Shown one piece after another: positions 55,353 to 64,000 of a DNA stretch of 64,000 nucleotides (positions within the stretch are counted from its first letter, which is position 1; each line of letters begins with the position of its first letter). Source of the DNA: an uncultured Alphaproteobacteria bacterium (GTDB lineage: Bacteria; Pseudomonadota; Alphaproteobacteria; RF32; CAG-239); assembly GCA_944392205.1 (NCBI GenBank), contig CALXVV010000040.1:32971-96970 (forward strand). The letters are read 5' to 3'. Position numbers and translations under genes: made by a program. A model generated the notes under the pieces. It made no database searches, was not told where the DNA came from, and saw only the letters and a program-made list of their open reading frames with translations.

Positions 55353-56441
55353 ATGACAAATTCTGTAATCAAAATGCCCCTGGCAATGGCTGCTATGTTC
55401 ATTATCAGCGGATGCGCCTATTCCTCAGATGCTTTGTTTCCGTCTCTGTTTGGCTCTGACGAACAAGAATCTATGGCGGTGCAAGATACTGACTTGGAAG
55501 AAGGTGCCGTTCCGGCTCTGGGCTCCACAAACTTTGAACCTGTCGAAATTTCTGAAGGTAACAATACCGGAACTTTTGTCGGACAAAAGGTGGTCACTTT
55601 CCGCAATGAATTAACTCAGCTGCAGTCTTCCATCCGCGCTAATAATGCAACCTTGCAGCAAATCAGAGCCTCTGTCATTAACAATGCCCTCCAATACCAT
55701 AAAACCACCGGCACAATCGAGGCTAAACTCCAGGTCGGCACCACTCCGGGAAACCCGCAGATGTTTGCAATGCTCGAATCTGCTCAGAATAACGTGCAGG
55801 TTATGAATGCGAATACAAATGCACTCACCCAGTTGGCCGGTAAAATTGCCGCTGATACCGCAAATACCGACTACTTGGTTGATGCTATCCGCGCAGCATA
55901 CACAATCTCCGGTGCCGTTGATGAAGATCACCGTCAGTTGCATATTTTGGAAAACGAAGCGAGCCAAACTTCTGTGTTGATGAACAGCTTGCTCAATGAG
56001 GTCAACAGTGATATTGCTCGCCAAAAGCAATACATCAACACCGCTAATGATACCATTGTTAACCTGAGCTCCGCAATTAAGGTTGGCAGCTATGGGGTAA
56101 ACAATGTTCCGATGGGCCCGATCTCTGGTGCCAGCCGTTTTGGCGCAACCCCGACGGTTAGCAGCTCTTCTCCGCTCTTTGTGGCTAAGTTCAACAAAGC
56201 CGGCGTAAATTACAAAGATGGTCTTAAAAAAGCAGTTGAAAGCGCCCAAGCTAAGAAACCATCCGTTGTTTTTGATGTGGTGGCCGTAAGCCCCGCTTCC
56301 GGTTCTTCCGCTGTTGCCAAAAACAACGCTACCCAAATCTTTCAGGATATGATTGATATGGGTGTTGGCGCAGACAGGATTAACCTTTCTGCCAAAGTAG
56401 GAACAGGCTCTTCTTCTGAAGTGCAAATCTTTGTTCGCTAA
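55353..56441 (+). CDS. Lipoprotein with a coiled-coil middle and a degenerate OmpA-like C-terminal domain
   Basis: Lipobox IISGC. The C-terminus VVFDVVAVSPASGSS...NNATQIFQDMIDMGVGADRINLSAK...VQIFV has the same layout as the C-terminus of the 98-1810 protein. Confidence 0.5.
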   Translation: MTNSVIKMPLAMAAMFIISGCAYSSDALFPSLFGSDEQESMAVQDTDLEEGAVPALGSTNFEPVEISEGNNTGTFVGQKVVTFRNELTQLQSSIRANNATLQQIRASVINNALQYHKTTGTIEAKLQVGTTPGNPQMFAMLESAQNNVQVMNANTNALTQLAGKIAADTANTDYLVDAIRAAYTISGAVDEDHRQLHILENEASQTSVLMNSLLNEVNSDIARQKQYINTANDTIVNLSSAIKVGSYGVNNVPMGPISGASRFGATPTVSSSSPLFVAKFNKAGVNYKDGLKKAVESAQAKKPSVVFDVVAVSPASGSSAVAKNNATQIFQDMIDMGVGADRINLSAKVGTGSSSEVQIFVR

Positions 56442-56465
56442 CGCATATAAAAGTTTTCACACCTC

Positions 56466-56500
56466 AAAAACCCCGCTTGAAAAAACAAGCGGGGTTTTGT
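56466..56500. terminator. Bidirectional terminator
   Basis: aaaaaccccgcttg-aaaaaa-caagcggggttttgtttt. Confidence 0.7.
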
Positions 56501-56501
56501 T

Positions 56502-56741
56502 TTAGTCCACTAGCTGAATATGCACCTTTTTACCATAGTATTTAGCTAAGATATAGAGATTGGAAAGTTGCAAGGGATGAGAGCCGATTTCCATATCATC
56601 TAAAATGTAGATAGGAATTCTGGTGTCATGAGAGAGTTTCTCTAAAGATAATTGTTTAGACACTCTCAGTTGGTGAAGTTGCTGGGCAATACTTCCGTGA
56701 TTTTGAATAAGTTCTTTGATTGCTTGTCTTTTGTTATTCAT
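56502..56741 (-). CDS. Small XRE-family HTH transcriptional regulator
   Basis: LRVSKQLSLEKLSHDTRIPIYILDDMEIG helix-turn-helix pattern; 79 aa. Confidence 0.6.
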   Translation of the reverse strand: MNNKRQAIKELIQNHGSIAQQLHQLRVSKQLSLEKLSHDTRIPIYILDDMEIGSHPLQLSNLYILAKYYGKKVHIQLVD

Positions 56742-56766
56742 CGTTTCAACTCCTAAATTTCTTATT

Positions 56767-56935
56767 AAAAAGAAACCGCCTTAAATGAATTTAAGGCGGG
56801 GAGGTAGAAACTGTGCTAGAACAGTCCGGGTTCTTCGACATACAAGTATGCTTATACCCCCGGCTCCCCATAAAAGGAGTTGTTCTTTTTCTAGCAAGGA
56901 GCTTCTACACTCCGCAGGCGCAACTCGCCCCTGCA
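56767..56935 (-). ncRNA. Candidate ~170-nt structured RNA (sRNA, or a terminator-containing leader of the HTH gene)
   Basis: Minus strand: TTGCAA (56969-56964)-16 nt-TAGTAT (56947-56942). Relatively GC-rich body with several hairpins. Ends in ccgccttaaa-ttca-tttaaggcgg plus tttcttttt (56799-56767). No ORF. Confidence 0.35.
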
Positions 56936-57009
56936 TTGCTAATACTAGAGCAGAAAAATTAATTTGCAATTAATTTGTTTGAATATGGCACGAACGACCG
57001 GCAAGCCGT

Positions 57010-57036
57010 AAAAAAGCCTCCCTTTTGGGAGGCTTT
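57010..57036 (-). terminator. Intrinsic terminator of accD
   Basis: Minus strand: aaagcctccc-aaaa-gggaggctttttt. Confidence 0.7.
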
Positions 57037-57039
57037 GGT

Positions 57040-57921
57040 TTATTTGTTCTCGATTGCCAGGGTGTTTACTTGCGGCTTTTGGTGCAACAAAATGCTTATC
57101 ACCCGTACCAGCGTATCTCTCATCTCCGGGCGGCGGACAACAATGTCCACCATACCGTGCTCTTTCAAATATTCGGCACGCTGAAAGCCCTCGGGCAATT
57201 TCTCCCTGATGGTTTGCTCAATAACACGGGCACCGGCAAAGCCTATTACGCATCCTTTCTCGGCAATGTGAATATCACCCAACATGGCAAAAGAAGCCGA
57301 AACTCCGCCCGTTGTCGGGTCTGTCAAAATAGAGATGAACGGAAGGCCTTTCTCCTTGACCATGTTAACCGCGGCAGCTGTTCTGGCCATTTGCATCAAA
57401 GATAAAATACCTTCTTGCATGCGTGCGCCGCCTGAGGCCGCAATCGTTATCAGCGGATAGTTGCCGCGAGTGGCAATCTCTGCAGCCTTAACAATCCCCT
57501 CGCCGACGGCTGTGCCCATGGAGCCACCCATAAAGTTGAAATCTAACGCGGCAATAACACAGGTGATGCCGCCAATTTCTCCTTGGGCTACGCGAATCGC
57601 ATCATCTGCTCCGGTGGCTTTGCGGTAGGAACGCAAACGGTCCGTGTATTTTTTGGAATCCTTAAAATTCAGCGGATCTTCAACCAGTTTGGGCAGAGTA
57701 ATCAGCTTGTATTCACCATTGTCAAACAACATGGCAAAACGTTTTAATATCGGCATACGCAGGTGATGATCACATGAGGCGCAGATATACTCGTTTTTCT
57801 CCAGCTCCTTGGTGTAGAGCATTTTTCCACACTCAGGGCACTTGGTCCACAAGTTGTCTGCAATCTCTTTGGTTGTAATCTTTTTTATCTTTGGACGTAC
57901 AAAATCAGATAACCAGTTCAT
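57040..57921 (-). CDS. accD: Acetyl-CoA carboxylase carboxyltransferase beta subunit
   Basis: WTKCPECGKMLYTKELEKNEYICASCDHHLRM zinc ribbon plus the CT domain. Confidence 0.9.
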   Translation of the reverse strand: MNWLSDFVRPKIKKITTKEIADNLWTKCPECGKMLYTKELEKNEYICASCDHHLRMPILKRFAMLFDNGEYKLITLPKLVEDPLNFKDSKKYTDRLRSYRKATGADDAIRVAQGEIGGITCVIAALDFNFMGGSMGTAVGEGIVKAAEIATRGNYPLITIAASGGARMQEGILSLMQMARTAAAVNMVKEKGLPFISILTDPTTGGVSASFAMLGDIHIAEKGCVIGFAGARVIEQTIREKLPEGFQRAEYLKEHGMVDIVVRRPEMRDTLVRVISILLHQKPQVNTLAIENK

Positions 57922-57947
57922 CTTTATACCTTAGTTGTTGAATATAC

Positions 57948-58358
57948 CTATTTGCTCTCGCTTTCTTCTTCCTTTTTATCAGAAGAACGAAACCAATTTT
58001 TGAATCTTTCCCACTTGGAAACTTTTGGCATCTGCGCCTCAAGCTCTTTTAAGTTGGCGAGGTTTTCGTGCAAATCCTCCATCTCTTTGGTGAGTTTCTG
58101 CTGCTCCTTGCTCAGCTTCTTGTTTTGTTTCTTTTGCGCCCTTAGGGCCTTGCGAACCGGCGCATAGGACAACCAGCAAAAGAAGTTGCCCAAAATAAAA
58201 CCAACCAGAAGCAAAAATACTATTGCCACACTCAAGGAAACCGTTATCTCCACATAAAACGGCCATAGGCTGAATGTCGCCAAATCATTGTTCACAAAGG
58301 CAAAAACCAATATGACAATCAGCAACGGTATTCCTATTAGCGTTTTGATGAAACCCAT
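57948..58358 (-). CDS. LapA/DUF1049-family inner-membrane protein
   Basis: Two N-terminal TM helices and a charged coiled tail; conserved position downstream of ihfB in alphaproteobacteria. Confidence 0.55.
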   Translation of the reverse strand: MGFIKTLIGIPLLIVILVFAFVNNDLATFSLWPFYVEITVSLSVAIVFLLLVGFILGNFFCWLSYAPVRKALRAQKKQNKKLSKEQQKLTKEMEDLHENLANLKELEAQMPKVSKWERFKNWFRSSDKKEEESESK

Positions 58359-58388
58359 GGCTCGGCTCCTTGGTTGTGTTTATTAATA

Positions 58389-58667
58389 CTATTTATTTAG
58401 TAGTTCAAACAGCTGTTTACCAGTCTTGAAGTGGGGAATGTTGCGTTCTTCTACCTTGACTTGCGCTCCCGTGCGCGGATTTTTTGCCAGACGAGGGCTG
58501 CGAGTGCGAACAGAAAATGCTCCGAAACCTCTGAACTCAACCCTGTCTCCTTTGGCAAGGGTATCTGTTATCTTGTCTAAAACAACCGCAACAATGCGCT
58601 CAACATCTTTTAACATTAAGTGAGGATTTTTTGCTGCTATTTTTTCTATCAATTCTGACTTTGTCAC
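58389..58667 (-). CDS. ihfB: Integration host factor beta subunit
   Basis: [11 protein letters not shown]...[43 protein letters not shown]. Confidence 0.9.
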   Translation of the reverse strand: MTKSELIEKIAAKNPHLMLKDVERIVAVVLDKITDTLAKGDRVEFRGFGAFSVRTRSPRLAKNPRTGAQVKVEERNIPHFKTGKQLFELLNK

Positions 58668-58780
58668 TTCTTTTTCCTTTTCTTAATTATTTGTTATCAG
58701 GTTAACTTTTTTTATCTCAAATATCAATATCGTAAATTTAAAAAATTCCAACATATTATTTGCCACTTATCCCAAAGGTT

Positions 58781-59926
58781 TTATTCATCGTTAGCCAGGT
58801 GAGTTACCGCTATGTGCTGAGGCTCTTCTCCGAGCTCGATGTCCTCTATCTTTTGAATGCGGCGACCTATCTTGCCGGAGGAAACTTTTATTCCCTCGAC
58901 ATCTTCATTGGCTTGTTTGAAATGTCTTGATAGGCTCTCTATTCTACTGTCTAGTCTTGTGATGTCTTCAATCAGGGTGCCGACTTCTTTTTGGATAACC
59001 CCTGCCTGCTCACGCATTTTGGCGTCTTTTAACACCGCCCTAACCGTATTCAACGTGGCCATCAAAGTTGTGGGGGATACTATCCAAACTTTTGAGCGAT
59101 ATGAAACCTCTACAACATCGGTAAAATTAGCATGCAGCTCCGCATATATGGCCTCGCTCGGCAAAAACATCAGTGCTGATTCTGCTGTCTCGCCGGGAAT
59201 AATGTATTTTTCCGCAATATCTTTAATGTGTTTTAGAACCGATGCTCTGAAAAATCTTTCTGCCTCTGTCTTTTCTTGCGGTGTGCTGGCCGCACGCAAG
59301 GCTTGGTAGCTTTCCAGAGGAAATTTGGCATCTATCACTATCGTTCCCGGAGGATTGGGCAGCCTCAAAACACAGTCTGCCCGCTTGGTGTTAGACAACA
59401 CAACCTGAAATTCATAGGCATTGGGCGGGAGAATCGAGGTAACCAAGTCATTTAGCTGAATCTCCCCAAACGCACCTCTTGCTTGTTTATTAGATAGCAC
59501 CTCTTGCAGAGAAACGACCTGTTCCGAGAGGGTAGATATCTTCTGCTGGGCGACATCTATTTTCGCCAAACGTTCACGCAAATCCGTTAGGGTCTCCGCA
59601 GTCTTGTTGGCATTTTGTTGCAGGCCTTCACCAACGCTTTTGGTCACCGCCAACAGTTTCTCATCCATAATCTTTAGCATTGCCACACGCTGCTCGTTTA
59701 TGGCCATGGCAATCTTATTTTGCTCTTGTGATGAATGCTCGCTTAACTGCGATAATCTGCCGGCCAGCTCAGCCTGACCTCGCAGTAAAATATCGCTCAA
59801 GGTAGAATCTGCCTTTTTGCTTTTTGACAATAGCCAAAAAGCAATATTGCCCATCACGATAATTAATACCGCAATAAATACCAGCAAGTCTGAATACTGG
59901 CCGAGAATGTTATTTAGACTCTGCAA
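58781..59926 (-). CDS. rmuC: DNA recombination protein RmuC
   Basis: N-terminal TM plus coiled coil; C-terminal [11 protein letters not shown]...MFLPSEAIY...[10 protein letters not shown]. Confidence 0.85.
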   Translation of the reverse strand: MQSLNNILGQYSDLLVFIAVLIIVMGNIAFWLLSKSKKADSTLSDILLRGQAELAGRLSQLSEHSSQEQNKIAMAINEQRVAMLKIMDEKLLAVTKSVGEGLQQNANKTAETLTDLRERLAKIDVAQQKISTLSEQVVSLQEVLSNKQARGAFGEIQLNDLVTSILPPNAYEFQVVLSNTKRADCVLRLPNPPGTIVIDAKFPLESYQALRAASTPQEKTEAERFFRASVLKHIKDIAEKYIIPGETAESALMFLPSEAIYAELHANFTDVVEVSYRSKVWIVSPTTLMATLNTVRAVLKDAKMREQAGVIQKEVGTLIEDITRLDSRIESLSRHFKQANEDVEGIKVSSGKIGRRIQKIEDIELGEEPQHIAVTHLANDE

Positions 59927-60887
59927 AATGTCTCCCCATCCGCAGGAATTTTTCCGTACGACGTTTCTTTAGCTCATCGCGACTTTGTGACTTCAGCTCT
60001 TTCAAGTGCTTCAAGATGCTATCTCCAACTCGCTCTATGGCTTGTTGCGGATTGCGATGCGCTCCGCCTAAAGGCTCTGAGATAATTTCATCTATCACGC
60101 CAAGTTTGCGCAAATCTTGCGCTGTTAGGCGCAAAGCCTCTGTTGCCTCTTTCACTTTGTCTGCCGAGCGCCACAGAATCGAGGCGCAACCCTCCGGTGA
60201 AATAACCGAATAAATAGAGTGTTCCAGCATCAGCACTCTGTTGGCCGTGGCAATGGCTATGGCACCGCCGGAGCCACCCTCGCCAATCACAACCGAAATT
60301 ATCGGCGAATGGATTTGCAGGCATTTTTCGATTGATGAGGCAATTGCTTCTGCCTGGCCTCTGGCCTCGGCCTCAACCCCCGGGAAGGCTCCCGACGTAT
60401 CCACAAAAGCCAAAACCGGCATATTGAATTTATCTGCCAAATCCATCAAACGTTGGGCTTTTCTATACCCTTCAGGTTTGGCCATGCCGAAGTTATATTT
60501 AATGCGGGATTCAATATCGTGGCCCTTTTCTTGCCCCAAAACCACAACCGATATTCCCTTGAAACGGCCGATACCGCCGACCATGGCCTCGTCATCGCCA
60601 AAAACACGATCCCCGCATAATGGGGTGAAGTCTTCTATCAGACCATGGACATAGTCCAAGCAATGCGGACGCTGCGGGTGTCTGGCAACTTGTGATTTTT
60701 GCCATGGCGTGAGATTGGCATATGACTGGCGCATCTGCTTTTCGAGCTTGGCCTGGAGGCGGTTGATTTCTTGCGAAATATCCACATCTTCATCTTTGGC
60801 CAAATATTTCAGGCTCTCAATCTTAGACTCAATCTCAAAAATCGTTTTTTCAAAATCCAAAACCAATGTATCGGAACTATTACTCAT
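59910..60887 (-). CDS. accA: Acetyl-CoA carboxylase carboxyltransferase alpha subunit
   Basis: [45 protein letters not shown]. Confidence 0.9.
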   Translation of the reverse strand: MSNSSDTLVLDFEKTIFEIESKIESLKYLAKDEDVDISQEINRLQAKLEKQMRQSYANLTPWQKSQVARHPQRPHCLDYVHGLIEDFTPLCGDRVFGDDEAMVGGIGRFKGISVVVLGQEKGHDIESRIKYNFGMAKPEGYRKAQRLMDLADKFNMPVLAFVDTSGAFPGVEAEARGQAEAIASSIEKCLQIHSPIISVVIGEGGSGGAIAIATANRVLMLEHSIYSVISPEGCASILWRSADKVKEATEALRLTAQDLRKLGVIDEIISEPLGGAHRNPQQAIERVGDSILKHLKELKSQSRDELKKRRTEKFLRMGRHFAESK

Positions 60888-61052
60888 CTATAATCTCTTT
60901 TGTTATTCAAAAACTTTCTCTTGGATAACATATTTTTTTGTAAATTTCGACTCTTATTTTTCTTTTTGTGCAAGAAGACGTGTTTTTTCTTGGAAAAAAA
61001 AAGATTATCTAATAGGATAGTTTTATTATGAAAAACAGAGGAGTTTTGTGTC

Positions 61053-62282
61053 TTGCTCGCATTTGCCTTTTTTACACTGATTTTTTCTTCTTTGCTTTGG
61101 CTTATTTATGCCATCCGCTTTATTAACGACAGCTTGGCCGGCATATCTTTCTTTGATGCCGGAATCGCGAACATTATGCTCTATACCTTGCTGGTGTGCC
61201 TGCCCATTTTCTTGATGTGGGCGGTCTTTGGGTTTGTTAACCAATATCTCAACAACAAAAATGTCAACCTGCAGCTGCGCAAGCTTTTGTCCCAAATGAA
61301 AAAAAATCAGGATTATTCTGACTTGCTGGCAAGAGTTTTGATTGAGACTGAACAGCACATCAATGATGGTTTTGTCCTCACCAAGTTTGATCTCTTGATT
61401 GCCGATATGAATGAGCTGCTCTCTGAAATTATCCGTGGTTGTAAGCTGGCCTCCGCAGAGCAAATCGAAAACCTTTGGAATAAGGTTCAAAACGGTGGAA
61501 AGTGGTCTTTCGGGAAAGTGATTATTGAGGTACACAACTCTCAGCCGAACTTCCAAAAACGCATTTTTGAGCATGCTGTCTATGACCCGCTCTTGGGCGG
61601 AACAATTATGGAGTTTTGCGCACGCTACCAGGCTGTGGTGGAGATGCTCGACAAACATGACCAAGATAAGGTCTTCTTTAACATGATTGAAACCGGCGTG
61701 ATGGGAAAGGTATTTTCCATCCTCTCTCCCATTGCCGCAGAGCTCAGACGCGGCAGAGAGGCAGCCTCCAACTTTACACCGAAAAAAGAAAAGCCCGCTC
61801 CGATGCTCAAATCTGAGCCTAAGGAGCGGCCGCAACATTTTGAACCTGAGCCAGAAATGCCGGAAGCTCCTAAAGAATCGTTTCTCAAAAAGCTTAATAT
61901 CTTTAAGAAGAAAGACGATGATGAGCCCCTTTTGCGGCAAGAGCCTGAGAGAGACCCTTTCTCTATTGCTCTTGAAAGAAGCTTTGCCGACGAGCCTCAG
62001 GAGCCCACAATTTCCATGACCGGAGAAGAAACTTTTGAAGAACCGGCTGCTCCTTCCATCAAAATAGATGAACCGCGAGAGACAGCTCCGGAAATTGTTT
62101 TGCCCAAACCAGAGCCTACCGATACGCAAAAAGCTCTGGACAGCCTCAAAAAAGAGTGGGCAGATGCAAGGACACCGGTAAAAGAAGATGTCCCAGCACC
62201 TCAAGAAGAAAAATCTCTGGAAGAACCTAATCTGGCTTACCCTTTCGGCAATTGGACCGATGAGCAAAATTATCAGAAATAG
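61053..62282 (+). CDS. Membrane protein with an acidic, Pro/Glu-rich C-terminal tail; unknown function
   Basis: Two to three N-terminal TM helices. Preferred over the mirror ORF 61026-62285(-), which has aberrant F/R/C-rich composition. Non-ATG start, so the exact start is uncertain. Confidence 0.5.
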   Translation: MLAFAFFTLIFSSLLWLIYAIRFINDSLAGISFFDAGIANIMLYTLLVCLPIFLMWAVFGFVNQYLNNKNVNLQLRKLLSQMKKNQDYSDLLARVLIETEQHINDGFVLTKFDLLIADMNELLSEIIRGCKLASAEQIENLWNKVQNGGKWSFGKVIIEVHNSQPNFQKRIFEHAVYDPLLGGTIMEFCARYQAVVEMLDKHDQDKVFFNMIETGVMGKVFSILSPIAAELRRGREAASNFTPKKEKPAPMLKSEPKERPQHFEPEPEMPEAPKESFLKKLNIFKKKDDDEPLLRQEPERDPFSIALERSFADEPQEPTISMTGEETFEEPAAPSIKIDEPRETAPEIVLPKPEPTDTQKALDSLKKEWADARTPVKEDVPAPQEEKSLEEPNLAYPFGNWTDEQNYQK

Positions 62283-64000
62283 CATCTTCGTTTTAGGAGT
62301 TTTTCTCTTTCTCGTCTGCTTTGCTGATTTTGCATCGGCAAAGATTGCCAGATTATCCAGCTTGCCTATTTACGGACAGCCAAAATATGGCGCAGATTTC
62401 TCTCATTTTGACTATGTTAACCCCAAAGCCCCAAAGGGTGGTAAAATCGTGATGCCGGAATACGGTGGGTTTGACAATTTTAATCCTTTTATTTTTAAGG
62501 GAATCGCCGCTCCTTCCGTGGCAGCTCTTACGCTTGATAGTTTGGGGGTTATTCCCATTGATGACGAATCTACAGTTTATCCGCTGATAGCCAAACAATT
62601 CGAACTTCCCGACGACCACTCTTTTGTCGGTTTTATCCTTGATGAAAGAGCTCGGTTTTCAGATGGTTCTCCCATCACCGCCGATGATGTCATTTTCTCT
62701 TTTAACGCCCTTATCCAGAAAGGCTCGCCCTTTTATCGGGTTTATTATGCCGATGTAGAGAGGGCGGAAAAAATCTCTGATAAGCACGTGCGTTTTTATT
62801 TCAAAAAAGGCTCAACCAACAAAGAACTGCCGCTTATCCTCTCTCAACTTAGAATATATTCGGCAAAAGACTGGGAGGGAAAAGACTTTGCCACACCATC
62901 TCTTAATGCCCCCTTGGGCAGCGGCCCATACAAGCTCAAAAGTTTTGCCCCCGGCAAATATCTGAGCTTTGAAAGAAACCCAAATTACTGGGCCAAAGAT
63001 TTGCCCTCACGCAAAGGCTTTTTTAATTTTGATCAAGTGCGTTATGACTACTACCAAGACACCACCGTTACCCTGCAGGCATTGTTCTCCGGAGATATCG
63101 ACATCAGAGAAGAATATATCGCCAAAATATGGGTCAGTGCTTATGACAACGATTTGGTGAAATCCGGCTCGGTTATCAAAGAAGAACTGCCGCATAATCA
63201 GCCGGCAACTCTCCAATTTTTTGGTTTTAACACCAGGTTGCCAAAGTTTGCAAACCCAAAAGTGAGAGAGGCTATCGGCCTTACCTTTAACTTTGATTGG
63301 GCCAATGACAAACTTTTCTATAACCAATATAAAAGAATCGAAAGTTGTTTTGAAAACACCGAAATGGCGGCAACTGCTACGCCCAAAGGGCTTGAGCTGC
63401 GGCTCCTTGAACGCTTCCGTGATAAACTCCCAGCCGAGCTTTTTACCAAAGCACCGCAGACACCGCGCCATGCCTCGCCCTTGCAAACCAGAGAAAACCT
63501 GAAGCGAGCTGTTAGCCTCCTAAAACAAGCCGGATATGATTTTAAAGATGGGAAAATGACTAATCTTGCCACCAATCAGCCCCTGGAAATTGAGGTTTTG
63601 AGCAACTCCGCCAATGGCTCCTCCTTTACCCGTGTGATGCTGCCCTTCATTGAAAACTTGAGGAAAATAGGCATCAAAATGACTTTCAGAAACTTGGAGA
63701 CCAATATCTTCAAAAACCGGCTGGATAAATTTGATTTTGAGATGGCCATTTTGGGCTTCCAGATGAGCAACTTACCCGGAAACGAACTCAAGGAACTTTT
63801 CGGCAGCCAGTCGGCCGATGTTCATGGTTCTTATAACATGATGGGGATCAAAAACGAGGCCATAGACGGTTTAATTGACATCATCATCTCATCAAATGAC
63901 AAGCAAGAATATCAGGAAGCCATCCGTGCCCTTGATCGGGTCATCTTAAATGAACATTACATGATTCCACAATGGTATTCTCCACACAATCGTGTGGCAT
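62260..64000 (+). CDS. ABC transporter substrate-binding protein, family 5 (YejA / oligopeptide-type); 3' end beyond the window
   Basis: Not in the ORF track (no stop in the window). ATG at 62260, signal peptide MSKIIRNSIFVLGVFLFLVCFADFASA, then LPIYGQPKYGADFSHFDYVNPKAPKGG...ERNPNYWAKDLP... Confidence 0.8.
   Translation, partial: MSKIIRNSIFVLGVFLFLVCFADFASAKIARLSSLPIYGQPKYGADFSHFDYVNPKAPKGGKIVMPEYGGFDNFNPFIFKGIAAPSVAALTLDSLGVIPIDDESTVYPLIAKQFELPDDHSFVGFILDERARFSDGSPITADDVIFSFNALIQKGSPFYRVYYADVERAEKISDKHVRFYFKKGSTNKELPLILSQLRIYSAKDWEGKDFATPSLNAPLGSGPYKLKSFAPGKYLSFERNPNYWAKDLPSRKGFFNFDQVRYDYYQDTTVTLQALFSGDIDIREEYIAKIWVSAYDNDLVKSGSVIKEELPHNQPATLQFFGFNTRLPKFANPKVREAIGLTFNFDWANDKLFYNQYKRIESCFENTEMAATATPKGLELRLLERFRDKLPAELFTKAPQTPRHASPLQTRENLKRAVSLLKQAGYDFKDGKMTNLATNQPLEIEVLSNSANGSSFTRVMLPFIENLRKIGIKMTFRNLETNIFKNRLDKFDFEMAILGFQMSNLPGNELKELFGSQSADVHGSYNMMGIKNEAIDGLIDIIISSNDKQEYQEAIRALDRVILNEHYMIPQWYSPHNRVA

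Noticed and set aside
55611-56426. 271-aa minus-strand ORF inside the lipoprotein gene
   Set aside because: It is antisense to a better ORF that has a lipobox and a terminator. Its composition is Cys/His/Arg/Phe-rich, and no ribosome-binding site is seen.
61026-62285. 419-aa ORF on the minus strand, almost exactly mirroring the + strand ORF 61053-62282
   Set aside because: The composition is aberrant (runs of F, R, C and L; for example FFFLRCWDIFFYRCPCICPLFF), as expected for the antisense of an acidic Pro/Glu-rich gene. The + strand product has sensible TM helices and its end overlaps the start of the downstream gene in a typical way.
1-64000. Search by eye for CRISPR arrays, IS elements, integrases, transposases, rRNA genes and prophage modules
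   Set aside because: None was found. The only regular repeats are the in-frame PEPT-coding repeats and the direct repeats flanking the tRNA-linked inserts. No DDE, tyrosine or serine recombinase motifs were seen in any listed ORF.

Overview
The window is a dense, mostly housekeeping stretch of an AT-leaning (low-40s % G+C by eye) alphaproteobacterial chromosome. Typical syntenies are rpmH-rnpA-yidD-yidC-engB, cmk-rpsA, ihfB-lapA, accA, accD and dnaK/dnaJ. The many secreted or low-complexity orphan proteins give it a reduced-genome or host-associated flavour.

Accessory content:
1. 98-12039: an R64/PilL-S-type type IVb pilus locus. It has a TcpQ/PilL-like lipoprotein, lipoprotein secretin, PilO- and PilP-like proteins, a GspE-family ATPase, a GspF-like platform protein, a pilin paralog, a prepilin and a separately transcribed PilT-like ATPase. 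No prepilin peptidase or PilV-type adhesin is present.
2. 13218-16087: a translationally coupled vWA / PP2C / Ser-Thr kinase triad (TerY-P type). It is flanked by a 42-aa lipoprotein ORF missing from the ORF track and by an NMO-like oxidoreductase.
3. Three related GC-rich 125-190 bp inserts lie immediately 3' of tRNA-Ser(GGA), tRNA-Val(GAC) and tRNA-Arg(ACG). Each is bracketed by direct repeats of tRNA-proximal sequence (13, 30 and 67 bp) and all share one orientation relative to the tRNA.
4. dnaK and dnaJ are separated by 4.3 kb of opposite-strand DNA. It encodes an 1186-aa orphan protein (coiled coil, PEPT repeats, Gly/Ala-rich hydrophobic block, Cys/His-rich C-domain) and a 130-aa orphan.
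5. 39944-40696: a methyltransferase-like gene with a degenerate SAM motif (VLQLGLVFG) that I suspect is RquA-like.
6. 56767-56935 (minus): a candidate ~170-nt structured RNA with its own promoter and terminator.

Four tRNAs were found by eye. I saw no rRNA, CRISPR array, IS element, integrase or transposase. My best candidates for something undescribed are the tRNA-linked GC-rich element family and the dnaK/dnaJ insert. All functional calls rest on motif and family recognition from the translations; no searches were run.
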